Origin: Micavibrio aeruginosavorus
Lineage (GTDB): Bacteria; Pseudomonadota; Alphaproteobacteria; Micavibrionales; Micavibrionaceae
Direction of reading: 5' to 3'
Assembly (NCBI RefSeq): GCF_051245535.1
Contig: NZ_CP195303.1
Coordinates: 64,656-96,655, forward strand
Length of the DNA stretch: 32,000 bases
Position numbers and translations under genes: made by a program. This document shows, one piece after another, positions 7,666 to 19,400 of the stretch. A model generated the notes under the pieces. It had not been told where the DNA came from. It saw nothing but the letters and a program-made list of their open reading frames with translations, and did no database searches. The number at the start of each line of letters is the position of its first letter. Positions within the stretch are counted from its first letter, which is position 1.

Positions 7666-10367
7666 CAATCGTCATCATCCATGATGTCATCAAGGAAGAT
7701 TCCGGTAACGGCCAGATTGGATAAAATCTGGCTGATGTCACGCGCGCTTTCGATAAAATCGAACGGTTTGGGGTCACGCGGCACGACGATGGTGGATCCC
7801 GGCGGGATCATGCTGGCCTTGTGGTTCCATGCGCTGATGAACAAAGGTTGGGCGCTGCCGTCCGGGTACAGGACAAAGGCGCGGTCCTGATCTGCGAAAT
7901 GGCTGGGGCCGCCGGCCTCGGCAATATAATCGCGCGGGTTTTTGCCGTTGCGGAATTGCAGGGCGGCAGGGGATAGAACCTCGCCCTCAACCCGCACGGT
8001 CAACGGGCGGCGCGGCACGTAAATGCGGTCGCCGGGTTCCAGCAGGATATCCAGCTCCGGCTGAACCTCCAGCACGGTGGGGTCGGCCTCCACGGTAATG
8101 CGGCCCACGGCTTCGACATTGCGCAATTCGGCGGCCAGATCCTGCACCATCGCAATCTGGGTCATGTCGGGCGCGTCTTTTTCCTTGTGCATGGCGGTGG
8201 CCAGGGCGCGTTCCATTTCGCGCGCGGCGGCGCGGAAGCGTTCTTCCTCGGCCTTGCGTTCGGATTCGCGGCTGAAAATCGCCCCGTCCGGGTAGGCTTG
8301 ATCGGTAATGCCGCCCGCACGGGCGAACAGGTCGCGCAACGTGTCGCCGGGCACCAGATCGTATTTGCCGGGGTTGTTGACCTCACCAATGATGGTGACG
8401 CTCTGGCCTTCGGCTTTACGGAATTTCTGTTTCACCCGCACGGTGTCGCCGGGGTTGATTGCCACCGTTTTCGGGTCCGTGTCATTCATATTCACGGCGG
8501 TGCGGAACGGGATCGAGCTTTCCGTATCCGGAATGCTGGCGTCATGCGTGCGGGTTACTTCGATATTCGATGTATTGGCTTCCAGGCTCAGCCCTCCGGC
8601 CACGGCCAGAACGGAATCCAGCGTGGTGCCTGTGGCCACGGGCCAGACACCGGAATCGCGCACCGCCCCGCGGACCGAAATTGTGCGCTCCGCCAGAAAG
8701 GCGGACAAGGCCGGATCGCCCGTCACCGTATCTTCCGGATCCATGTCGGTTTCATCAACCGATCCGGCGGCGGGTTCGATGCTTGCTGGATTAAATTTTT
8801 GCTTCTGCAAGGCCATCATCTGTGACCGGGAAAACAGATGGACGATATCGCCGTCCTTCAATTCCTGATCATATTGCCCCTGCGCCACCAAAATGGGCGG
8901 GAAGTCGAGGAAAATGCGCGCCATGCGTTCATCATCCCACCGTTCAATCGCGCCAATCAGCGGGTAAATATCGGCCCCGAACATGGATCGGTCGCTCAGC
9001 AATGCGGCCAGTGTTTTGCTGGAGGATAGCGGGTGCAATCCCGGCTGGCGCGTATGGCCGACCAGTTCGACCAATCCGGCGCGCTTGTCATCGGCGCGTG
9101 CCACCATCAAAATCGATCCGTCATTCAATGCGGGTGTAAAGGGATCGGTGATCGTCTCCACGGTTTCCTGCCCATTGCGGTGCAGGCCCAGTTTCATGAA
9201 ACGGTTATTGCCCGGGCTGACCAAGCCGCCGGCCATGTCCAAGGCTTCCTGCATCGATAGAAATTCGCTGGATTTTTCCGGCGTGTGTTTCATGCCTTTG
9301 AGAGAGGGCAGGATTTCATAGATGCCCGGGCGTTTTACGCCACCGGCCACGGCGATTGTCGGACCCAGCGGCGGAACGATCAACCGATCGCCGTCACGCA
9401 AGGCCAGATCCATGCCGCTGCTGCCATGGATCAGCAGGCCGTACAAATCCACCATCGTCGTGCGGCCATCGCGGACCAGTTTGATCTGGCGCAACGATCC
9501 GTTCTTATCAATGCCGCCCGCCTGCATCAGCGCATCCAGCGCCGTGTGGAAAACGGTCAAGGTCTGGCGGCCCGGTTTGCGGACATTTCCGACCACCAGA
9601 ATATTCACCTGCCGCACGCTTTCCAGCGAGACATATATATCGGTGTTGTACAGACTGTCCGCTGACGCGGCCAGCGCCTCGCGCAATTGGCCGATGGTGC
9701 GCCCGGCGGCGGAGACGGGCGGCAGATCATCAAGGATCAGCAAGCCATCCGTCGTAATCGTGTAAATACCCTGATCGCGCCGTTGACCGCGGAAGGTGAT
9801 GTTCAGGCGGTCGCCCGCGGACAAAACGAAATTGTCCTGAACCGCGCCGGCGGGCAATGCGGCCTGTGGCGCGGGGGATGCTTCACCATCCACCTGTGCG
9901 TCGTGCGCCTGTGTGGCGGGTACGGCAAAATTTTCAAACAGATCATACCCAAACTGCACCAGCGGGTCGGCCACGCGCCCGGCGTAGGATTCTTCGGTCG
10001 CTGACAGGGCGCTCGCGCTGTGGCCCATCATGCGGGCCAGCGTTTCATCGCGCGCCAGCAAATCGGCCAGCAACGGTTCGTAGTCCTGCGGTGTCAGGGG
10101 CGTCAGGTCGTTGGTCTTGCGTGCGGCGGCGGCGCGCGCGGGATCGTTGGGTTGCCCCTGTTGGGCGCCGCCTTGCCATTCCGCTCTGGCGCGGGTGACG
10201 CGGGCGACATTCCGCGTATCCTTGGACCATGGCGCAATCTGCATGGGCAGGAAATCCTGCGCCCGTGCGTTTGACGTGCAAACGGCAAGCCCGGTCAGCA
10301 CCCAGACGGTGCACAGACCGCTCTGCATAAAAAATCGGGTGGGCTTGAATTTCCGGGCGTGGGCCAT
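7665..10367 (-). CDS. Large periplasmic/outer-membrane polysaccharide export protein (Wza-like Poly_export plus multiple SLBB domains)
   Basis: Repeated GD(R/T)(L/V)xVP and (V/R)xxPGxY(E/D)(I/L) motifs are typical of SLBB domains. The N-terminus from M15 of the ORF (ATG 10367), MAHARKFKPTRFFMQSGLCTVWVLTGLAVCTSNARA|Q, looks like a signal peptide. The ORF extends to 10409. Confidence 0.85.
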   Translation of the reverse strand: MAHARKFKPTRFFMQSGLCTVWVLTGLAVCTSNARAQDFLPMQIAPWSKDTRNVARVTRARAEWQGGAQQGQPNDPARAAAARKTNDLTPLTPQDYEPLLADLLARDETLARMMGHSASALSATEESYAGRVADPLVQFGYDLFENFAVPATQAHDAQVDGEASPAPQAALPAGAVQDNFVLSAGDRLNITFRGQRRDQGIYTITTDGLLILDDLPPVSAAGRTIGQLREALAASADSLYNTDIYVSLESVRQVNILVVGNVRKPGRQTLTVFHTALDALMQAGGIDKNGSLRQIKLVRDGRTTMVDLYGLLIHGSSGMDLALRDGDRLIVPPLGPTIAVAGGVKRPGIYEILPSLKGMKHTPEKSSEFLSMQEALDMAGGLVSPGNNRFMKLGLHRNGQETVETITDPFTPALNDGSILMVARADDKRAGLVELVGHTRQPGLHPLSSSKTLAALLSDRSMFGADIYPLIGAIERWDDERMARIFLDFPPILVAQGQYDQELKDGDIVHLFSRSQMMALQKQKFNPASIEPAAGSVDETDMDPEDTVTGDPALSAFLAERTISVRGAVRDSGVWPVATGTTLDSVLAVAGGLSLEANTSNIEVTRTHDASIPDTESSIPFRTAVNMNDTDPKTVAINPGDTVRVKQKFRKAEGQSVTIIGEVNNPGKYDLVPGDTLRDLFARAGGITDQAYPDGAIFSRESERKAEEERFRAAAREMERALATAMHKEKDAPDMTQIAMVQDLAAELRNVEAVGRITVEADPTVLEVQPELDILLEPGDRIYVPRRPLTVRVEGEVLSPAALQFRNGKNPRDYIAEAGGPSHFADQDRAFVLYPDGSAQPLFISAWNHKASMIPPGSTIVVPRDPKPFDFIESARDISQILSNLAVTGIFLDDIMDDDD

Positions 10368-10470
10368 GATATAAGCAGGGTACAAAATGTGTAAAACATA
10401 CAATCGCAACCGTTAGTATAGCCTTGTTGTTTTGCGCTTGTTAATCCCAAACCCGCGATAATCCAGCAAA

Positions 10471-10929
10471 ATGGCCAAAATCATCTCGAATGCCCCCATC
10501 CACACGATCAAGCTGGCCGTCGGCGTGGATGATGTTGGCCACCTGCATGCGCTGCAATCCTCCCGCCTGTTTGATTTTGGTGGCGCGCTGGCCACCTGTG
10601 CGTGGACGCGGCGTAAACCGACCCGGGATGCCGGGTTGCTGAATGGTGGTTCTATATATTGGGTGATTAAAGGCCGCATTCAGGCGCGGCAGGCGTTTCT
10701 GGGCTTTGATATGGAGGAGACGGATGAGGGGCCGTATTGCCGCCTGATCCTCGATCCGGCCCTGATGCTGGTGGCGGCGATGCCGCACCGGGCGTTTCAG
10801 GGGTGGCGCTACCTCGATCCCGTCAAAGCGCCCCCCGATTTGCGGTTCTTTGACCCGGATATGGCCGCCGAAGATGACGAAATGCCCGCCGATCTGGCGG
10901 CACAATTGCGCGATGCGGGATTGATTTAA
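10471..10929 (+). CDS. DUF1489 family protein
   Basis: IHTIKLAVGVDDV..., GGSIYWVIKGRIQARQ, CRLILDPAL and FQGWRYLDPVKAPPDL match the conserved blocks I recall for the alphaproteobacterial DUF1489 family. Confidence 0.75.
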   Translation: MAKIISNAPIHTIKLAVGVDDVGHLHALQSSRLFDFGGALATCAWTRRKPTRDAGLLNGGSIYWVIKGRIQARQAFLGFDMEETDEGPYCRLILDPALMLVAAMPHRAFQGWRYLDPVKAPPDLRFFDPDMAAEDDEMPADLAAQLRDAGLI

Positions 10930-11049
10930 GGGGAAAGGCTGAATTTTCTTGTAATATTCTGGAAAATAAGGCTTTCCTTTCCTGTGCTTTCTGTCCTAAA
11001 TCGCAGGCCATAAGAAAAAGCAAAAAAGAATACGCAGGGATAAATAGAT

Positions 11050-11709
11050 ATGGATTGGAAAAATCTGGGCGGAAAACTCCGCCGCGCCTTTGGTTTTCAA
11101 GCTCAGGCAACGCCCGAGCCGCTTCCTCCAGCGACGGATCGCTTTTTAAGCGCGCGGGAATTAAAAATTCTGTCCGAATGCGTTCAGCATATAAAAGATA
11201 TCACCCAGACCAATGCGCTCGCCCTGAAATCCATGTCGCAGGCCACGCCACGCCCGTTGGGCGATGAAGAGCGTGCCGGGCAGGATGCTTTGTGTGACCA
11301 ACTCCGCTCTCTTGGCGGAACATCGCTGCAAAGCTCTCAAACGGCTCTTGGAACCTGTGTCATGTGGCTTGGGCAACTGGACAGCGCGCACAAGACGGCT
11401 GTACGGCTTGAAGCCATCGTTCCGCCCAATCCGGCTCTGCCCGTTAAAAGCGACGCCCGTAAGTCTGTTGCGGATATTGCCGTTATGGCGCGCGGGGCCT
11501 CCACGATCATGGGCAGCGTTTGCCGAAGTCTGGCCGTGGCATCACCACATTTGGATGTTCCGAATATGCAGCGCATTCACGAAGAATATCGCGAGCATGG
11601 CGCTATCATGAACGAGGTGCTTGGAAAGCTGACCACGCTTCTGATTGAAGCCACATACGGTGTGCGCGATTCATCCCCTAAGCAAACGCTGTCTTTGAAA
11701 AAGAAATAA
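11050..11709 (+). CDS. Hypothetical protein (219 aa)
   Basis: ORF-track entry. The stop TAA at 11707-11709 is followed immediately by the ATG of the next gene at 11710. No family recognised. Confidence 0.5.
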   Translation: MDWKNLGGKLRRAFGFQAQATPEPLPPATDRFLSARELKILSECVQHIKDITQTNALALKSMSQATPRPLGDEERAGQDALCDQLRSLGGTSLQSSQTALGTCVMWLGQLDSAHKTAVRLEAIVPPNPALPVKSDARKSVADIAVMARGASTIMGSVCRSLAVASPHLDVPNMQRIHEEYREHGAIMNEVLGKLTTLLIEATYGVRDSSPKQTLSLKKK

Positions 11710-12240
11710 ATGATTCTCGATACGTTGCGCAAACAGTTTACCAAAGCGTTGTACGGCTGGGTGCCCGCACTGAACCGTGCGGTCGTCCGGGAGAACGCGC
11801 AGGTCAATGAACTGCTGCGCCAGATCAATGACATTCGTGGGCTCTATGCGATTCCCCTCGCGCGGAATTTTCAAACCCTTCCCGATTACACCGCGCAATA
11901 TGACTGGATGTGTTTGCTGGCGGATCGCGTCGGTGAACCGGCGGGCGTGCGAACCATGTTCCGTCTGCGCTGGGCCAATGGCTGGGCCACGCAACGTCTG
12001 GGCTGTGCGCCCTATGGTCAGCTCGGCGATCCGGGATATACGGAGCTGGGCATTGTCCTGCCGCTGGAAAAAATATTTCCCGTGATGGTCGCGTTGCAGG
12101 AAGAGCGTCGCCGCGTTTTCGGTGTGGGTCCCTGCACGATGACATTCGAACGCGCCACGGTGGAAGACGCACAGCGCCTTGTCAGTGAGTATCGCGCATT
12201 GCGTCCGGTGAAAAAAGATTTTCTCACGCTCGTGAAGTAA
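11710..12240 (+). CDS. Hypothetical protein (176 aa), paralog A of a tandem pair
   Basis: Shares blocks with the next gene: DRVGEPAGVRTMFRLRW vs ERIGKPAGVRTLFVLRR, and the C-termini (..VSEYRALRPVKKDFLTLVK vs ..VGAYRAQNPRKTGHLTLVPK). Confidence 0.6.
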   Translation: MILDTLRKQFTKALYGWVPALNRAVVRENAQVNELLRQINDIRGLYAIPLARNFQTLPDYTAQYDWMCLLADRVGEPAGVRTMFRLRWANGWATQRLGCAPYGQLGDPGYTELGIVLPLEKIFPVMVALQEERRRVFGVGPCTMTFERATVEDAQRLVSEYRALRPVKKDFLTLVK

Positions 12241-12314
12241 CACGCGCGCTCTTCTGCATTCCTGCGTAACCATCGTTCTTCTTTGTATCTGATTGTGACG
12301 GAGTGCATGCACCG

Positions 12315-12854
12315 ATGTTTGGCTACGACAATTTACGAAAACTTTTCGCATCACTTGCGGCGCGCTGTACGCGGCCCGCGCAAGCCTCTGTGTGCGATGC
12401 GCCTGTTGATCTGGACGACATCGTTCGGCGGCTGGATTCTGTGTGCGCCTTTAACACCGTTCCGGTCGGGCGCGGCTTTAGCATTAGCGGATCTGGATAT
12501 ATGCAGCGGGAATGGGAGTGCCTGTTCGCGGAACGTATTGGAAAGCCCGCAGGTGTACGGACATTGTTTGTACTGCGTCGCGTGAGCGGTTTTACGGAAG
12601 AGCGGGGGCATCGCATCGAGCATGTCATGACGGGCGGGGTTTCCGCCCCTGTGTTGGACCGCCCAATGGCGCTGGAGGCCTTAATTCCGCAGATGGACGC
12701 CCATTTGGCGGTCATGCGGCGGGGTGTTCCGGGATGCTTTCTGGATCAGGTGCATTTTAACCAGCCGACTCTGGCCGAAATGCGGGCTTTGGTCGGGGCG
12801 TACCGGGCGCAGAACCCGCGCAAAACGGGTCATTTGACCCTGGTGCCCAAGTGA
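12315..12854 (+). CDS. Hypothetical protein (~179 aa), paralog B of a tandem pair
   Basis: Same conserved blocks as 11710-12240. The ORF opens at GTG 12303; ATG 12315 has a GGAG-like motif upstream. Start is uncertain. Confidence 0.6.
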   Translation: MFGYDNLRKLFASLAARCTRPAQASVCDAPVDLDDIVRRLDSVCAFNTVPVGRGFSISGSGYMQREWECLFAERIGKPAGVRTLFVLRRVSGFTEERGHRIEHVMTGGVSAPVLDRPMALEALIPQMDAHLAVMRRGVPGCFLDQVHFNQPTLAEMRALVGAYRAQNPRKTGHLTLVPK

Positions 12855-12922
12855 AAAAATGGCTGATTTCTGCGGGGTTTACGATTTTTTAAAGTTTTTT
12901 GTAAAAAATCGCCAAATTCCCT

Positions 12923-12951
12923 TTGACAGGGTTAGGGACCCTCTGTATAAG
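12923..12951 (+). promoter_or_regulatory. rRNA operon promoter P1 (sigma70-type)
   Basis: TTGACA at 12923-12928, exactly 17 nt of spacer, then TATAAG at 12946-12951. An A/T-rich UP-like tract lies upstream (12860-12920). Confidence 0.65.
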
Positions 12952-13022
12952 GGGCGACCTCGGCAGACGGCAACGTCCGCCAGCATCTTCGGAAAGCTTT
13001 GAAAAAAGATTGAAAAAGATGA

Positions 13023-13051
13023 TTGACAACGGAGTGAGTACCGACTAAATA
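13023..13051 (+). promoter_or_regulatory. rRNA operon promoter P2 (sigma70-type)
   Basis: TTGACA at 13023-13028, 17-nt spacer, TAAATA at 13046-13051. Preceded by the A-tract GAAAAAAGATTGAAAAAGA. Confidence 0.65.
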
Positions 13052-13122
13052 CTCGCTCCCTCGGCAGGCGGCAACGCAGGCCAGCGTCCTTGGAAACTTT
13101 GAAAAAAGATTGAAAAAGACGG

Positions 13123-13151
13123 TTGACAACGGAGTGAGTAACGACTAAATA
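13123..13151 (+). promoter_or_regulatory. rRNA operon promoter P3 (sigma70-type)
   Basis: TTGACA at 13123-13128, 17-nt spacer, TAAATA at 13146-13151. It is a duplicate of P2 exactly 100 bp downstream. Confidence 0.65.
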
Positions 13152-13392
13152 CTCGCTCCACAGTCAACGAAGACGTCGGGTTCGCCCGGCTTTTTTATGA
13201 ACGGACACAAAACGCTTCGGCGGTGTCCGGCTGTAAGAAAACGGTTCTTGTACATCGTGAATGAAGGAAGAGATGCGCAGGCAGCAGTGCTTGGTGGTCG
13301 TGTTGAACACGTTACACACAAGCCTGCTTAATGATGTCTGCGTGTCTATTCGACGCACATGACGCATAATATATAAGCAGGTTCTCGAACTT

Positions 13393-13407
13393 TGCTGTTT
13401 TTTAACA
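13393..13407 (+). promoter_or_regulatory. Possible boxA-like antitermination element in the rRNA leader
   Basis: TGCTGTTTTTTAACA resembles the boxA consensus TGCTCTTTAACA and lies ~15 nt upstream of the 16S 5' end. Confidence 0.3.
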
Positions 13408-13419
13408 GTGATGGATTCA

Positions 13420-14911
<1,492 letters not shown>

Positions 14912-15057
14912 GTGTTTGGCATAACCTTCATCGTAAGATGAAAGCCTCGCACTGCTGCCGGCGTATCTCTTCCTTCAGATAAGAACCACTTCATAGCGAC
15001 TGGGCTAGCCCTGGTTGTTGTGAATACCGAACGTGAGAGTTTGGTTTTTGCAAACGG

Positions 15058-15134
<77 letters not shown>

Positions 15135-15147
15135 TTTTTCAAAAGAT

Positions 15148-15223
15148 GGGCCCATAGCTCAGCTGGGAGAGCGCCTGATTTGCATTCAGGAGGTCAGGAG
15201 TTCGATCCTCCTTGGGTCCACCA
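15148..15223 (+). tRNA. tRNA-Ala (anticodon TGC)
   Basis: GGGCCCATAGCTCAGCTGGGAGAGCGCCTGATTTGCATTCAGGAGGTCAGGAGTTCGATCCTCCTTGGGTCCACCA. It has the G3:U70 Ala identity pair, and the CCA end is encoded. Confidence 0.95.
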
Positions 15224-15404
15224 TTTATCTCTCTCTTCCTTCCAATTTTCTCTCCAGTTTCTGTGTAAACGGAAATTGCAGTGAAGATTGAAAGATCTTC
15301 GGTTCTTTGACATCGTAAATAGGTATGACATCAATATCCAAAATGTCTAACAAAATGCTGAGTATATAAGCCAGCGTAGCGGACTTGTCCCTGCGCGTGG
15401 TTTG

Positions 15405-18149
<2,745 letters not shown>

Positions 18150-18282
18150 CTCCATGTCGTATGGTTTACTCCATCGATATGAAACATCACGCGCAGCGGC
18201 AAGCTCGTTGCGGTTGGCTTATAGGCCAGCGTTTTGAAAGACAAATGCGGATATTGATTGTTTAATACAGGCGGTTTTGGAT

Positions 18283-18400
18283 GACCTGGTGATTCTAGCG
18301 AGTGCGCAACACCCCATCCCATACCGAACTGGACCGTGAAAAGCCTCAGCGCCAATGGTACTTCGTCTTAAGACGCGGGAGAGTAGGTCGTTGCCAGGTC
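18283..18400 (+). rRNA. rrf: 5S ribosomal RNA
   Basis: GACCTGGTG...CCCATCCCATACCGAACTGGACCGTGAAA...AGCGCCAATGGTACTTCGTCTTAAGACGCGGGAGAGTAGGTCGTTGCCAGGTC is a typical alphaproteobacterial 5S sequence. Confidence 0.9.
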
Positions 18401-18465
18401 TTCCAAGCCCGCTTGGATTAAACAATCGTTGTTGTCATACCTATTTTCGATGATCAAATTATTCA

Positions 18466-18489
18466 ACGCGCCCTTGGCGCGTTTTTTTG
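18466..18489 (+). terminator. rRNA operon rho-independent terminator
   Basis: ACGCGCC (18466-18472) pairs with GGCGCGT (18476-18482) around a CTT loop, followed by a run of 7 T. Confidence 0.75.
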
Positions 18490-18540
18490 TATCCAATTTC
18501 TCCCGTCTTTATAAAAACCCCATCACAAAGGCTTGTAAAA

Positions 18541-18894
18541 ATGAGTCTCTCAATCCCTGTTCCCTTCGCCACCATCGGCTTGCTGCTCGCCTCCAATATT
18601 TTCATGACATTCGCCTGGTATGGCCATTTGAAGTTTAAAACAACCCCGCTTCTGATCGTCATTCTGGTGAGCTGGGGTATAGCCTTCTTCGAATACTGCC
18701 TGCAGGTTCCGGCCAATCGCATGGGCCATTCCGTTTTCAATGCGGCTCAACTCAAAACCATTCAAGAATGCCTGACTCTATTGGTGTTTATGGGCTTCTC
18801 AATCTGGTATCTGAAAGAACCGATTCAGTGGAATCACCTTCTCGGTTTCGGCTTGATTGTGCTTGCGGCGTGGGTGATTTTTAAAAAATGGTGA
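18541..18894 (+). CDS. Small DMT-superfamily membrane protein (DUF486-like, ~117 aa)
   Basis: From ATG 18541: MSLSIPVPFATIGLLLASNIFMTFAWYGHLKF...WGIAFFEYCLQVPANRMGH...QLKTIQE...IVLAAWVIFKKW. It has four predicted TM helices, the pattern of the conserved DUF486/DMT family. The ORF opens at 18487. Confidence 0.7.
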   Translation: MSLSIPVPFATIGLLLASNIFMTFAWYGHLKFKTTPLLIVILVSWGIAFFEYCLQVPANRMGHSVFNAAQLKTIQECLTLLVFMGFSIWYLKEPIQWNHLLGFGLIVLAAWVIFKKW

Positions 18895-19038
18895 CGCGCA
18901 TTTGCGCGCGTTGCCGTGCGAAAGATTTATAGGATTTATGACGAATAAGGTTTGCGTTCTTGAATTGAACGGTCTATAACCCCATATCGCTTGCGCGCCC
19001 CGCATTTCTAACCGGTTGGGGCCGCCATTTCTCGGTGA

Positions 19039-19115
<77 letters not shown>

Positions 19116-19146
19116 ATTTTCCCAATAAAATCAATGACTTAAGAAG

Positions 19147-19167
19147 AAGCCCCGCAAGGGGCTTTTC
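19147..19167 (+). terminator. Rho-independent terminator after tRNA-fMet
   Basis: AAGCCCC-GCAA-GGGGCTT hairpin followed by TTTC. Confidence 0.55.
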
Positions 19168-19199
19168 TGATTTTTGCTCCGTGGGGACCTGGTGGGGAA
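19168..19199 (+). repeat. Left copy of an imperfect inverted repeat (partner at 22401-22437)
   Basis: TGATTTTT-GCTCCGTGGGGACCTGGTGGGGAA compared with the reverse complement of 22401-22437, TGATTTTTAACCTGCTCCGTGGGGAACTGATGGGGTA. There is a 12-nt perfect core, 21/24 matches over the core block, and a shared TGATTTTT. Confidence 0.5.
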
Positions 19200-19367
19200 C
19201 TTGAAAAAAAGAAATGACAACAAACCGCCGCATATCACGACAATTTTTTACGATGATATTTTGCAGCTTGGTTTTATTGGACGCGATGCAATTTGATGCA
19301 TTTTTGTACTCAAAAATTGTCCAAATTTTCGTCTCTGAATCGATCAAAATCAGAAAAAGTGTCCCAA

Positions 19368-19382
19368 AACCTGAAGGTCGTA
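19368..19382 (+). repeat. 15-nt exact direct copy of an internal tRNA-fMet segment (possible att core remnant)
   Basis: AACCTGAAGGTCGTA at 19368-19382 is identical to tRNA positions 19076-19090 (anticodon-stem 3' side, variable loop, T-stem 5' side). The flanks do not match the tRNA. Confidence 0.55.
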
Positions 19383-19400
19383 TAGCGATTGATTGCAGCG

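Larger units (their letters stand above)
12952..13151 (+). repeat. Tandem duplication, 2 x 100 bp, each copy carrying a full promoter
   Basis: CTCGGCAG(A/G)CGGCAACG...CTTTGAAAAAAGATTGAAAAAGA(T/C)G(A/G)TTGACAACGGAGTGAGTA(C/A)CGACTAAATACTCGCTCC occurs twice head to tail, with a few substitutions. Confidence 0.85.

Noticed and set aside
1292-10314. Many long alternative-frame or antisense ORFs in the polysaccharide cluster (e.g. 1414-2022, 2035-2601, 2152-2757, 2882-3670, 5127-5723, 6062-6667, 8187-8868, 9285-10004)
   Set aside because: They overlap genes with clear family signatures. Their products are Arg/Pro/Gly/His-rich, the pattern expected of out-of-frame reading of high-GC coding DNA.
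12952-13151. Could the 100-bp tandem repeats be a CRISPR array or minisatellite?
   Set aside because: There are only two units and no spacer/repeat alternation. Each unit contains a complete -35/-10 promoter just upstream of the 16S gene. It is better explained as promoter duplication.
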